Shown in pieces: positions 27,142 to 37,180 of a stretch of 64,000 nt of DNA (its first letter is position 1; each line of letters starts with the position of its first letter). The stretch spans positions 2,464,001 to 2,528,000 of the forward strand of contig OZ245742.1 in NCBI GenBank assembly GCA_965227295.1, in the 5' to 3' direction. The position numbers were made by a program, and so were the translations under genes. The notes beneath the pieces were generated by a model. That model searched no databases. It worked only from the letters and a program-made list of their open reading frames with translations, and was not told where the DNA came from. This DNA comes from Leptonemataceae bacterium. GTDB lineage: Bacteria; Spirochaetota; Leptospiria; Leptospirales; Leptonemataceae.

Positions 27142-28800
27142 CTACGGGAGCCGGTAATCGTCAAGCGCTCGTCTGGCCGCGTGACGTCCGAAGTGAAAGG
27201 CGTACCACGGATGTTCGTCGGGTTTTTCGTAGGTCTGGTAGCGCACCAGGAGGTGCCCGGAGATGATCAACTTCGGACTGTCCGGCGACGCATCTTCGAG
27301 TTTGTTGTAGACCCGCACGAGGGCGGGCAGGGCGTCGTCGGAGAGAGTCGTAAGATAATCCGCATCGAGGGCGGCCGGCCCGCCCTCGGCGAGGTCGCGT
27401 TCGTAGCGCGCGAAGTTGCGTTCCACGATGAGCTCGTCCGGGTTAATGAGATTCAACGTGCCGGCGAAGATTGCCGCCCCGACGATGAGGCCGGCACCGA
27501 AAGCGTTTTCGAAGGCGCGCAGCCAGAGCGTGAGCGTAAAGAAGAGCAGCACGAAGGCCAGGGCACCCATGAATACAAAGACGATCAGCCGGAGTTCCGT
27601 GTAGCCGTAGGCTTCTTCGTAGTGGCGCATGCGATTGTAGGCCGAGAGCAACATCACCAGGACCAGGGCGATCGTAAGCGAGCACAACGCCGCGAAGATA
27701 TGCGACTGCCGCGTTTGTTCCCGTCGCGTGGACCAGCGCAGGGCCGTGAGCATGATCAACGAAAGGATCGCCGCGGTGAGCAGTTCCCAGAAACCGCTGC
27801 GCCCGTACTCCGCGTAGGTGAAGTCCGCTTTTTCTGCTAACATCTTTTCAACGTAAGCTTCACCGCCGAAGAAGTGCTGGATCTGAATGGCCACAAAGAC
27901 CAGGAACAGAAAGTTGACCAGGGCGAGCACCGTGGCGCCTTCGATGAAGCCGGTGTAAACGATCTTCGAGAGGCCGCCCAGCTCTCGCTCCACCGGCGAT
28001 TCGTCCGGGGCGTGGGGCCGGCGCAGAATCGCGTAGGCGATAGCGCCGCAGATGAAAAAGCCGATCACCAGGACACGCAGCCCGCGTCCCAGATTCTTAA
28101 AGAACCATTCAATCAATTCCACGCTGAACACGCGGCCCAGTACGTCCGCGAATACGGCGTCCGCGGAAGACAACAACAGACCGAAGACCAGCAGGGCCGG
28201 CACCGCGAGCAGCACGCCGCGCATGACCGGTGCGGCATACGACGGCCGGGGCGGATTACTAACATCATTCGAATCATTCTTAGCCTGCTCCCGGCTGCGC
28301 TTGCGTTCCAGGTAGAATGCGCGCAGCACCGGCGCGCCCAGGATCATCGTATTGATGCCGGCCCGCACCGGGATGAGGGCAAGGGTCGGCAGTTTCGCCC
28401 CGGTCCATACCGAGCCGGCGGCGAAATAGAAAATCGTGAGTGCGCCCAGGCCGAGGATCGCGAGGATGTTGAAGGCCAGCAATGTTTCACTGGTGCGCAC
28501 GGCGGCCATGACCGCGAAGAAGAGCATCAGGAGCGGCAGCCAGGCGTTTTGCAGCCGCGGCGGAGTACCGGCCAGAGTGGCGAGCACGCCAAGGGCGAGT
28601 ACAAAGGCGGTGAGGAAGATCGGCCAGCCGATGCCCACTGCGCCGGTGAACAGCCATTCGAACAGCAGGGCGAGGATCAGAGACGCTCCGAGAAAGAGAG
28701 CCGGTCGTCGGACTCCGGCCGGCAGGGTGAGCGGCATGGGCTCGCGTTCGGGAGCGGCGAGGGATGGTTCAGCGGTTTCGGTGCTGGTGGTTTCGGTCAT
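27142..28800 (-). CDS. DUF4153/DUF4173 family membrane protein
   Basis: Multi-TM; LLSSADAVF, YAEYGRSGFWEL, YGYTELR, YLTTLSDDALP. Confidence 0.85.
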   Translation of the reverse strand: MTETTSTETAEPSLAAPEREPMPLTLPAGVRRPALFLGASLILALLFEWLFTGAVGIGWPIFLTAFVLALGVLATLAGTPPRLQNAWLPLLMLFFAVMAAVRTSETLLAFNILAILGLGALTIFYFAAGSVWTGAKLPTLALIPVRAGINTMILGAPVLRAFYLERKRSREQAKNDSNDVSNPPRPSYAAPVMRGVLLAVPALLVFGLLLSSADAVFADVLGRVFSVELIEWFFKNLGRGLRVLVIGFFICGAIAYAILRRPHAPDESPVERELGGLSKIVYTGFIEGATVLALVNFLFLVFVAIQIQHFFGGEAYVEKMLAEKADFTYAEYGRSGFWELLTAAILSLIMLTALRWSTRREQTRQSHIFAALCSLTIALVLVMLLSAYNRMRHYEEAYGYTELRLIVFVFMGALAFVLLFFTLTLWLRAFENAFGAGLIVGAAIFAGTLNLINPDELIVERNFARYERDLAEGGPAALDADYLTTLSDDALPALVRVYNKLEDASPDSPKLIISGHLLVRYQTYEKPDEHPWYAFHFGRHAARRALDDYRLP

Positions 28801-28936
28801 GCGGCGGTGTACCTGGCGTGTGGAATCGTGTGATCAGACGACACACGATAGCACGGCGTTCACCGCGATGCAGGCACCCGGGTTCGCACGGCGGCGGCAC
28901 CCGGGTGTGCGCGAACAAGCGCGCTCGCAGAATTGT

Positions 28937-29527
28937 TCAGGAGGGTTTTGCCAGTTGCCGCGGGGCGTGCGGTACTTTCGCCGTGGGGCCGAGCGCCGGC
29001 GCGGCCAGAATGGCCTTTTCCCGGCTGTGCGGGGCTACGAAGGCAAACTCGGTGAGGGCCGTGACCGCCCGGGCAATGCTCATGCTCGCGCCCTCAACAC
29101 GTTCACTGACCTGCTGCTTCTGTCCCTTGCGAAAATGAATCCATTTGAGGATTTCCGCGTTGGGAGCGGTGACGTGTTCGGAGACGAAACCCGCGACCTT
29201 GCGCGCGGACTCCAGCGCCGCCTCGTCCCGGGCCTGGCGCAACTCCTCGTCGTGGGCCGCCAGCAGCGCCTTTTTTTTACGCTGCCACTCGAAGTAAACG
29301 GCCAGAAAGAAGATACCCTGCCCGATGAGCAGCGGAAGTACATAAGAAGAAAACATGCCCGCCAGAACGCCCTCGGAAACGGAGAGCGGGAGCGAGTAGT
29401 AGAACACGAGGACCTTTTTGACCACCACGGCGAGGTAGACGATCAGGCTCCCGCCAAGGATGGTATAGATGAACCGACTGGTGCGTGACAACACGCGGGA
29501 AACGGACTGCTTGCGGTTGGAGTCCAT
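28937..29527 (-). CDS. hypothetical membrane protein (2 TM plus coiled coil)
   Basis: RBS GGAGG before ATG 29527; two hydrophobic segments followed by a helical region. Confidence 0.6.
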   Translation of the reverse strand: MDSNRKQSVSRVLSRTSRFIYTILGGSLIVYLAVVVKKVLVFYYSLPLSVSEGVLAGMFSSYVLPLLIGQGIFFLAVYFEWQRKKKALLAAHDEELRQARDEAALESARKVAGFVSEHVTAPNAEILKWIHFRKGQKQQVSERVEGASMSIARAVTALTEFAFVAPHSREKAILAAPALGPTAKVPHAPRQLAKPS

Positions 29528-29650
29528 GCGGTAAAACCTCCTGTCAGGCGTACTCACACGAAGGGAAACATCCCGCCGGATGGCTGTCAAGATGATTGTT
29601 CAGAAAAAGTAAGTTATGTCGCAGTGCACTACGCCAGGGAGAGTTCACCA

Positions 29651-29761
29651 GGGATTTTTGGGTGTGATGGAGCCGGCCGGAGGCGCGCGCCCTCCGTGGC
29701 GCGAGCCTCCGGACACTGCGCATCCGTGCTGCGTTCCGGCCCCATCACACCCAAAAATCCC
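29651..29761. repeat. nested palindromic element (MITE/REPIN-like)
   Basis: 26-bp terminal inverted repeats GGGATTTTTGGGTGTGATGGAGCCGG (25/26) enclosing a 15-bp hairpin. Confidence 0.75.
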
Positions 29762-29937
29762 CTCGCGAATCACCCGTGCTTTGAGGTGCTCCCTGCCGAC
29801 GACGGCCGGGAACGCCGCGCAGCTTTGAAATTCGTCAGCGCTTAGCAGACATAAGATTTTTGTTTCGCATGATTGAATTCATCTCCCACTCCGCTAAAAA
29901 AGCTTTCCAGAAAATTCCGCCAGGCGGATGCTGGGTC

Positions 29938-30267
29938 ATGCCCAGGGGAAATTTGAATCAAATCGGCGGCACGTTGCATGTGCACAGCAATCAGGTTATT
30001 TCCGACACGCACCTTATCATCGACGGGGACGTGGTTACGGACAAGATCATCGCCGAGGGCAAGTCCATCATCATCAGCCTGGGTACGAAAGTGCAGGGCG
30101 ACGTAGAGTGCGCCATGCTCCAGGTCATCGGTGAACTGCACGGCAACGTTAAGGCCACGGATCGCATCCAGCTGGAGGACACGGCCGTGCTCATCGGCGA
30201 CATCGTCGCACCGAAGATCGACATCGCGTACCGCGCCCGCTTCTCGGGGCACATGAGCTACTCGTAA
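29938..30267 (+). CDS. bactofilin (polymer-forming cytoskeletal protein)
   Basis: Beta-helix repeats LIIDGDV..VQGDV..VIGELHGNV..LIGDI..FSG; start uncertain. Confidence 0.85.
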   Translation: MPRGNLNQIGGTLHVHSNQVISDTHLIIDGDVVTDKIIAEGKSIIISLGTKVQGDVECAMLQVIGELHGNVKATDRIQLEDTAVLIGDIVAPKIDIAYRARFSGHMSYS

Positions 30268-30275
30268 GCCCGCGT

Positions 30276-31097
30276 TTATTTAAACTCCGGCCGGCGCTTC
30301 TCTCCGAACGCCTGGAACATTTCCCGCAAATCGTCGCTGTCCAGAAAGGCCGCGTTCCAGGCGGCCACGTACTTCAGGCCGTCGTCCAGGCCGTGGTCGC
30401 CGACGTAGTTCAGCACCTGCTTCGTGCCCCGCACCGCAATCGACGGGTTCGCCGCAATTTCTTGCGCTAACTTCTGTGCACCTTCCATTAGTGCTTCTCT
30501 GGATTCGTAGACCGTTTCCACCAGGCCCATCGCTTTGCACTCATCCGCCGAGAAGTCGCGACCCGTGTAGGCCATGAGCCGGGTGTAACCCATGCCGATG
30601 ATGCGCGGCAGGCGATTGAGGCTGCCCATATCCGCAACGATGGCGACCTTTGCCTCGCGCAGCGAGATCGAAGCGTCCTGCGCGGCCAGGCGGAGATCGC
30701 AGGCGGCCATGAGGTCGAGCGCGCCGCCGATGCAATGCCGGTGCACGGCGGCGATGTAGACGTTCTGCCCCTCGGCCATGCGATTGAAGCCGGACTGCAT
30801 TTGTAAGATGAGCCGGTACAATTGTTCGCGCCCGTCCGCGGTCTGCGATTGCACGATGTGCTTGAACTGTTCGAAGAAATCCACCAGGTCCAGACCGGTG
30901 CTGAACGATTTGCCCCGGGCCGCCACGATCACGACGCGGACCTCCGGATCCTCTTCCAGTTCGGAGACGACCAGGGGCAGGTCGCGCCAGAACGGCCAGT
31001 TCATGGCATTGCGCGCCGCCGGCCGGTTAAGGTACAGGATCGCCGTCTTCGCCGCGGGGTCTTTTTCGACTTCGAAGAATTCGTAGGAGTATGCCAT
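30276..31097 (-). CDS. crotonase/enoyl-CoA hydratase family (dienoyl-CoA isomerase-like)
   Basis: LNRPAARNAM, FSTGLDL, CIGGALDL, EAKVAIVADMG. Confidence 0.93.
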   Translation of the reverse strand: MAYSYEFFEVEKDPAAKTAILYLNRPAARNAMNWPFWRDLPLVVSELEEDPEVRVVIVAARGKSFSTGLDLVDFFEQFKHIVQSQTADGREQLYRLILQMQSGFNRMAEGQNVYIAAVHRHCIGGALDLMAACDLRLAAQDASISLREAKVAIVADMGSLNRLPRIIGMGYTRLMAYTGRDFSADECKAMGLVETVYESREALMEGAQKLAQEIAANPSIAVRGTKQVLNYVGDHGLDDGLKYVAAWNAAFLDSDDLREMFQAFGEKRRPEFK

Positions 31098-31140
31098 GGG
31101 TGTACTCTGAGGATTGCTGCTGCGCTGTTAATCTTTTTTT

Positions 31141-31252
31141 ACTCCGAGGACCGAGAGACCGAGGAGAAGAAATCGGAGGGCCTGCATACGCTTCCCGCGT
31201 GCGGGCTAAGACCACCTTTGTTCTTAAAGCTCGGTCCCTCGGTCCTCGGAGT
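31141..31252. repeat. MITE/REPIN-like element with 23-bp terminal inverted repeats
   Basis: ACTCCGAGGACCGAGAGACCGAG / CTCGGTCCCTCGGTCCTCGGAGT (22/23); a further end copy at ~37904-37928. Confidence 0.75.
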
Positions 31253-31311
31253 GAATCCTCCTCACCGAAAATGTGTTGCCATCGATTGAATGGAAACGAT
31301 GCTGCCTCGCG

Positions 31312-31911
31312 ATGTCCGATCTCGTGCGTGCGCATATTCAGCGCAGTATCGATACCAAACAGAAGATCCTCGTGGACGAGCAGCTCGTCGCCGCCATCCA
31401 GCGTGCCGGGGAACTCTTCACCGAAGCCCTCCGCTCCGGCAATAAGCTGTTAATGTGCGGCAACGGCGGTTCCGCCTCCGACGCCCAGCACATCGCCACC
31501 GAGTTCCTCGTGCGCTATCGCGCGAAGCCGGAGCGCCCCTCGCTGCCGGCGTTGAACCTGGCGGCGGACTCCAGCGCCCTGACGGCCGGCGGCAACGATT
31601 TCGGCTACGACAACGTTTTCTCCCGCCAGGTCGAAGGCCTGGGCCGGGCAGGCGACGGACTGCTGGGCATCAGCACCTCGGGCAATTCCGAGAACGTCAT
31701 TCGCGCCCTCGCCGCCGCAAAAGAACGCGGGATGACGACGGTCCTGTTTACCGGCGGCAACGGCGGCCGGGCCCTGGCCGAACACGCCGGCCTGGTGGAC
31801 GTGCCCATCGTGGTACCGGCGACGGAGACGGCCCGCATCCAGGAATGCCACATCATGATCGGTCAGATTCTGTGCGCCATTGTTGAGAAAGAACTCTACG
31901 GTTTCGACTGA
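31312..31911 (+). CDS. gmhA: D-sedoheptulose 7-phosphate isomerase
   Basis: CGNGGSASDAQH, ND.GYD.VFSRQVE, ISTSGNS, TARIQECH. Confidence 0.95.
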   Translation: MSDLVRAHIQRSIDTKQKILVDEQLVAAIQRAGELFTEALRSGNKLLMCGNGGSASDAQHIATEFLVRYRAKPERPSLPALNLAADSSALTAGGNDFGYDNVFSRQVEGLGRAGDGLLGISTSGNSENVIRALAAAKERGMTTVLFTGGNGGRALAEHAGLVDVPIVVPATETARIQECHIMIGQILCAIVEKELYGFD

Positions 31912-31944
31912 GCGCAGACGCGCAGGCCACCGCGGCGATTTTTT

Positions 31945-32940
31945 ATGGCGGATGACAAACAAGCGTATCTGGGCGTCGATCTGGGCGGCAGTAACATTTA
32001 CTCCTGCGCATTTAACGCCGTCGGCGACGTCGTTGCCGAAAGCAAGATCGATACCGAGGCCCGCGGCGGTTACGCCCACGTCCTGGATCGCATCCGGGGG
32101 GAGATTGTTGCCGTTCGCAAAGAGTTAGTCGAGAAAGGTTACGAGTTGAAAGGTGTCGGTCTGTGCGTGCCCGGTGTGGTGGTGGCCGACCAGGGGCGGG
32201 TGAAGATCGCGCCGAACCTGGAATGGGAGGACGAGCAGCCGGCCGAAGACCTTCGCAACGGGGACCTGGCGGGCCTGCCCATTGTTCTCGCCAACGATGT
32301 GAACGCCGGGCTGATCGGCGAACTGTCGGCGCACGAACATCCGCCGGAGAACGTCGTCGCGTACTTTTGCGGGACGGGCATCGGCGGTGCCGTGGTATTG
32401 AACGGAAAGCTGATTACCGGTCGCCTGGGCGGGGCCGGCGAGGTCGGCCACATGGTGGTTCGCCTGGGCGGTCGCAAGATCCAGGACGGGGGCATTCGCG
32501 GTTCCCTGGAATCCTACATTGGAAAATGGGCGTTGAATCATAAGATCCGGCGTCGCCTGGACTCCGGCAAGAAGACCGCGTTGCGCAAGATCATCGACTA
32601 CGACTTAAACAAGACCCCCGTCAAATCATCCTCGCTCAAAAAAGCCTACACCGCCGGCGATAAGTTCACCGTCGATCTTATGGAAGGTTACTATTGTAAG
32701 TATCTCGGCGCCGGCATCGCCCAGACGACGAACCTGCTGGAGCCGGAGCTGATCGTTCTCGGCGGCGGCATCATGGAAGCCCTGGGCCTCAGCCTCATTC
32801 CTCACATTATGAAATACCTGGATAAGTACTGCGTGGCCCACATCCCGGAACTGCGCCTGGCGCATATGGGCGACCTGGCCGGACCGGCCGGGGCCGCGCG
32901 CCTTGCCCGGGAAGCTCAAGAGGCCGGCGCAGAGCGATAG
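31945..32940 (+). CDS. ROK family sugar kinase
   Basis: GVDLGGS, LANDVNA, GTGIGG, AGEVGHM. Confidence 0.92.
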   Translation: MADDKQAYLGVDLGGSNIYSCAFNAVGDVVAESKIDTEARGGYAHVLDRIRGEIVAVRKELVEKGYELKGVGLCVPGVVVADQGRVKIAPNLEWEDEQPAEDLRNGDLAGLPIVLANDVNAGLIGELSAHEHPPENVVAYFCGTGIGGAVVLNGKLITGRLGGAGEVGHMVVRLGGRKIQDGGIRGSLESYIGKWALNHKIRRRLDSGKKTALRKIIDYDLNKTPVKSSSLKKAYTAGDKFTVDLMEGYYCKYLGAGIAQTTNLLEPELIVLGGGIMEALGLSLIPHIMKYLDKYCVAHIPELRLAHMGDLAGPAGAARLAREAQEAGAER

Positions 32941-32959
32941 TTTCGCTAAGTATAATTCA

Positions 32960-33205
32960 ATGTACGTTTACATCATCCTCTACGCACTCATCGGCCTGGC
33001 CTGCCTGGCCCTCTCCACGGGCCTCGTTTACCGGCGTTGGTGGGAGAGCGTGGACGAGTTCTCCCGGCCCAGCGTACGCATGGCGATGATTCTGCTCGCC
33101 GCGGGTTTCCTCGGTCTGGCCATGTACAACTGGTATCGTTACGAAGCTATCCAGGTCCAGCGCATGCAGTACCTCAACGAACAAAAAGAGCCGTCGCAAG
33201 AGTAA
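32960..33205 (+). CDS. small hypothetical membrane protein
   Basis: Two TM helices, in operon orientation. Confidence 0.6.
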   Translation: MYVYIILYALIGLACLALSTGLVYRRWWESVDEFSRPSVRMAMILLAAGFLGLAMYNWYRYEAIQVQRMQYLNEQKEPSQE

Positions 33206-33250
33206 CCGGGGCGGATCTTAAGTTTCTGTGAGTATTGCCGTTACACAGGT

Positions 33251-35422
33251 ATGCTCGCGTTTCGCATTGTGTTCGTAATCGCCGCCTGTCTACCGTCGGC
33301 TCTCGCCGCGCAAGCATACCTCGACGCCCGCCTGGGCAACGCGGCGCTGAACGGCCAGCTCGATCGCCTGGATCGACTCATCAAAGCCGGCGCAAACGTG
33401 AACGCTAAGATCCCGGCGCGTTTTCATACCGGCGAAACCCCGTTGCATCTCGCCGTGCGGACGAATCAGCGGCAGGTCGTCGCGCGCTTGATGGCCGCCG
33501 GTGCGAACGTGGACGCCCGCGACGATCGCGGCGAGACGCCGCTCATAACCGCGGTGTACTTCGAACACACGGAACTGGCGCGCGAACTGCTGCGCGAGCA
33601 CGGCGCCGATCCGAACGTTGCCATGCTGAACGGGCTCCGCCCGCTGCACGTCGCCGCCGACCGCGGCTTGAATGAACTCGCGCGACTGTTGCTGGAGCAC
33701 GATGCGGCCGTCGATGCGCGGACGGGGAGCGGCATTACGCCGTTGATGGTGGCGGCGAAACGGCATGCGGCCATCGTCCGATTGTTGCTCGATGCCGGCG
33801 CGAATCCGCGGGCGACCACGAAGCAGGGGACGACGCCGTTGATGTACGCGGCGCACGCGGCCGCGACGAACATCGTGCGGATGTTGCTCGCCGCCGGGGC
33901 GGACGTGCAAACGAAACGCGGTGACGGCAGCGACGCATTCGATTTTGTGTTATCGCCGCACTATATCTCTTTTGATTTGCCCGGCAGCATCGAACTCTTC
34001 GCGCAGCGCGGCGTGGATGTGTGTCGTCGCGGCGGCAAAGAACAAACTCCGTCGATCATGTACCGGGGATTGCGCCGGGACATCGCGGCTCTGGAAACGA
34101 TCTTGCGGCACGGCTGCGACCCGCGCGCCGTGGATGCGAACGGCCGGTCGATTTATGATCTGCATCTGACGAACGAGGAGCAAACGCTCATCGATGCGCA
34201 TACCTCCTCATCGGAGGAAGAGCCGCAGGAAGAAGAGATACGAATCGAAGAACTGCGGCGGGAAGATCGGCCTGAAGAGCGCCGCACCTTTGCGGAACAG
34301 GCCCGGGAAACCGCATGCACGCCGGCGTTGTACGAGTACCTGAACAACGGCGGCGATCCCAATGCCGGCCCGGACTACTCTCCACCATTGATCCAATACG
34401 TCTTGCAGTGTTCCGATGCACTGCAACGCGTGCGTACCCTGGTGAATGCCGGCGCGCGTTCGCGCTGGAACAGCACGTCTCTGTTCGAAGCCGCCATCAG
34501 CAACGATGTGCTCGATGATGAAATGTTTGCGCTGCTTCGCAAGGCCGGCGCCGTTCCGCACGAGGCCGACGGAACCAACGCGCTGTGTTTCGCCGTTCGC
34601 ACCGGACGATTGCGCGCGCTGCGGACCCTGCTGCGTCATGCCGCGCCGGCGCGTTGTCATGATTTCGCGTTTACGTTGATTCCCGCCGATCTTTATGCGC
34701 GCCGGAACGCACCGAAAGAACAGCTTGCGGCAATCATCGCCGCGTTGCCGGTTTCGACGGAAGCTCGCCTGGAAGATGCGCTTGTCGCCGGTAAAAGCGA
34801 AGCCGCGGCCAGCATTCTACGCGAGCATCCCGCTCTGAATACGAGCGTCGTCACGGTGCAGCTCGCCCTGAGAAACGGCGACGAAGCCCTGGCCGATCTC
34901 TGCCTCGATCGCCTGGTCGGTGTGACGCATCCGACGCTGGCGGCTTTCTTCAAGGCTCAGGCTCAGGCTCTGGTCGATGTCCCGGACGACGGCGCGTTCG
35001 TGCAGTACCTGTTTCGCCACGGAGTGGATGTCCGCGCTGTCGATTACCCCGGTCGGCAATCGCATCTCATTACGACTGCCGGAAACCGGCCGCGTATGAC
35101 CGCGGCGTTGTTGCATCTACCCGTGGACTGGTCGCCGCAAGATCTGGATGGTGCCCTGTTCGAGGCTGTCTATGGTGATCAGTACGAGACCGCGGTGTTG
35201 CTGGTGGAGGCCGGGGCGAACGTTCGTCGAGAGAACAGCGGAACTTTGTTGCGGCTGGCCCGTAAGAATCCTCGCATGCATCGTTTCTTGCGCGCCCAGG
35301 GATTGTACGTTCGGTCCGGTGATGAAGCCCTGGAAGTGCCGCTGGAGGTTGAGCCCCCCGGCGGCAGGCGCGTGGAGGAAATCCAGAAAAGGCTGGAACC
35401 GCTGAACCCCGCGAAGCCCTGA
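33251..35422 (+). CDS. secreted ankyrin repeat protein
   Basis: Signal peptide; repeated G.TPLH.A..G....V..LL..GA.V.A ankyrin units. Confidence 0.9.
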   Translation: MLAFRIVFVIAACLPSALAAQAYLDARLGNAALNGQLDRLDRLIKAGANVNAKIPARFHTGETPLHLAVRTNQRQVVARLMAAGANVDARDDRGETPLITAVYFEHTELARELLREHGADPNVAMLNGLRPLHVAADRGLNELARLLLEHDAAVDARTGSGITPLMVAAKRHAAIVRLLLDAGANPRATTKQGTTPLMYAAHAAATNIVRMLLAAGADVQTKRGDGSDAFDFVLSPHYISFDLPGSIELFAQRGVDVCRRGGKEQTPSIMYRGLRRDIAALETILRHGCDPRAVDANGRSIYDLHLTNEEQTLIDAHTSSSEEEPQEEEIRIEELRREDRPEERRTFAEQARETACTPALYEYLNNGGDPNAGPDYSPPLIQYVLQCSDALQRVRTLVNAGARSRWNSTSLFEAAISNDVLDDEMFALLRKAGAVPHEADGTNALCFAVRTGRLRALRTLLRHAAPARCHDFAFTLIPADLYARRNAPKEQLAAIIAALPVSTEARLEDALVAGKSEAAASILREHPALNTSVVTVQLALRNGDEALADLCLDRLVGVTHPTLAAFFKAQAQALVDVPDDGAFVQYLFRHGVDVRAVDYPGRQSHLITTAGNRPRMTAALLHLPVDWSPQDLDGALFEAVYGDQYETAVLLVEAGANVRRENSGTLLRLARKNPRMHRFLRAQGLYVRSGDEALEVPLEVEPPGGRRVEEIQKRLEPLNPAKP

Positions 35423-35428
35423 AATCCA

Positions 35429-37180
35429 ATGCAGAATCCCCGCCGGGGCGCCGATAATGAAGAGACTATGTCTCCGCGCTCCGCCAGGTTACTGCGTACG
35501 GCCCTTGCCGCCGTCCTCGGCGTGGTAGTGCTCTGTTGCCCGGCCGTGGATGCGAGCGCCGAACCCGGCACCCGGGGGCGGCCCATCGTAGAGTTTCGTT
35601 CAGTAGAACTTAGCGAGTATCCCCTGGTGCGCGTGCGGTTCCAGGCGGCGTCGCCGTATCCGCACTTCGTCGAGCAGGACGAGCAACCGCACTTTCATCT
35701 CGTCGAAGTCATGGACGATCACGAGTGGGTGACGACGCCGGAGAAACTCACGGTCCTGAAAGATACCGCCGATCGTCTGAACCTCGTCATGATCCTGGAC
35801 TCCACGAAGTCCATGTCCCCCGCGGCCTTTAAGAGCGCCGTATCCTCGGCGAAGCGTCTGGTGGCCGGTCTGGGAGCGAAAGATCGGGCGGCGCTGTACA
35901 CCCTGGAAAAAAAAGGCGATCCCGGATTGCTTACGGGATTCACCGGCAGCCAGGAAAAGCTCGCGTCGTTATTGAAGAAAGTCCGCCGCGAGGGGCGCGT
36001 CACGCGCTTGTATGATACTTTATACAGCGGCATCTACACGGCCCAGGGCGCCCTCGGCAGCGCCGAAGCCTCGGAAGAACCCGGGGAATCGCGGACGCTG
36101 GTCCTGTTGCTCACCGACGGCCGGGAAGAGGACTCGTTCTTAACCGACGACGATTGTTTCGAACTGAGTGAACTCGGCCGACGTTTCAGCATTCCGGTGT
36201 ACGTCGCGCTCTACGGCAAAACGAAACAGTCCGGCGAAAGCAGCGCCATGCGTCTGCTCAAACGGCTCACGCTAAAGACCGGCGGGCGTTTGTTAAGCAG
36301 CGCGCGCCCGGACCAGGTGGCCGATCTGCTCGCGGAGTTTCGGCGTCTGCCGCGCCCGTTCTACGAAATGAGCTATCGCAGCCCGGCCGCGCCGGATGTC
36401 TGGCCGGGCTCCCTCGTAAGCCAGCGCCTGGTCATGCAATCCAACGGCGCCGAATATGCCGATCGCCGGGACTACCGGGTCCCGTTCTTAACCTTCCTCG
36501 CGGCAAAATTAGCAAACCCGCTCTGGTTGCTCGCCGCCGTGGTGCTGATGATTTTGATCGTCCTGTTGCTGTTCTTGCTCGCGTATTTGCGTTCGCGGCG
36601 CAAGCGCGAAGACGAACAGCGCTCCCTGGCCACGATCCCGCCGGTGCCGCCCGTGGTGGCCGTCGCCGAAGGCGAGGACGGTGCCGAGATCGCCGGTTAC
36701 GAGGATGATCTGCCGGATATTGCGCCGTACGTCATCAGCGATGATGACGTGATGCCCGGGGAAGTTCGGCGTCCCGTGGCCGCGGCCCAGGCCGGCGTGT
36801 TGATGGACGGCGAACGTACGCTCTACATGCGCGAGTATACCTATCGCGTGACGCAGATGGCCCTGCGCCAGGCGCGGGCGTATCGCCGTGCGTCGTTGAT
36901 CCTGGACAGTCGCCAGCGCGCGTCCCGGGAGTACGACCTCTTTCTGGATAACACGGTCATCGGCAGCGGGCGCTGGGCGAATATTCCGGTGCGCGACGAA
37001 GCGGTGTCTCCCGTACACGCGAAGATTAAAAAGATCGACAACCGCTTCGTGGTCTACGATCTTCTCAGTGCGTCCGGGGTGTATCTGAACGGTCGTCGTT
37101 TGCTCCGGCCCCGCGGCCTGAACGACGGCGACGAACTGCGGATCGGACGCACGCGATTCATTTTTCGCGGCCTGCCGTGA
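35429..37180 (+). CDS. VWA-TM-FHA domain protein
   Basis: ILDSTKSM, TRLYD, LLTDG (VWA); a TM helix; VSPVHA..SGVYLNG..LNDGDELRIG (FHA). Confidence 0.88.
   Translation: MQNPRRGADNEETMSPRSARLLRTALAAVLGVVVLCCPAVDASAEPGTRGRPIVEFRSVELSEYPLVRVRFQAASPYPHFVEQDEQPHFHLVEVMDDHEWVTTPEKLTVLKDTADRLNLVMILDSTKSMSPAAFKSAVSSAKRLVAGLGAKDRAALYTLEKKGDPGLLTGFTGSQEKLASLLKKVRREGRVTRLYDTLYSGIYTAQGALGSAEASEEPGESRTLVLLLTDGREEDSFLTDDDCFELSELGRRFSIPVYVALYGKTKQSGESSAMRLLKRLTLKTGGRLLSSARPDQVADLLAEFRRLPRPFYEMSYRSPAAPDVWPGSLVSQRLVMQSNGAEYADRRDYRVPFLTFLAAKLANPLWLLAAVVLMILIVLLLFLLAYLRSRRKREDEQRSLATIPPVPPVVAVAEGEDGAEIAGYEDDLPDIAPYVISDDDVMPGEVRRPVAAAQAGVLMDGERTLYMREYTYRVTQMALRQARAYRRASLILDSRQRASREYDLFLDNTVIGSGRWANIPVRDEAVSPVHAKIKKIDNRFVVYDLLSASGVYLNGRRLLRPRGLNDGDELRIGRTRFIFRGLP

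Noticed and set aside
28937..29527. Histidine kinase
   Set aside because: Only a faint HisKA-like helix (VSEHVTAPN) and no ATPase domain
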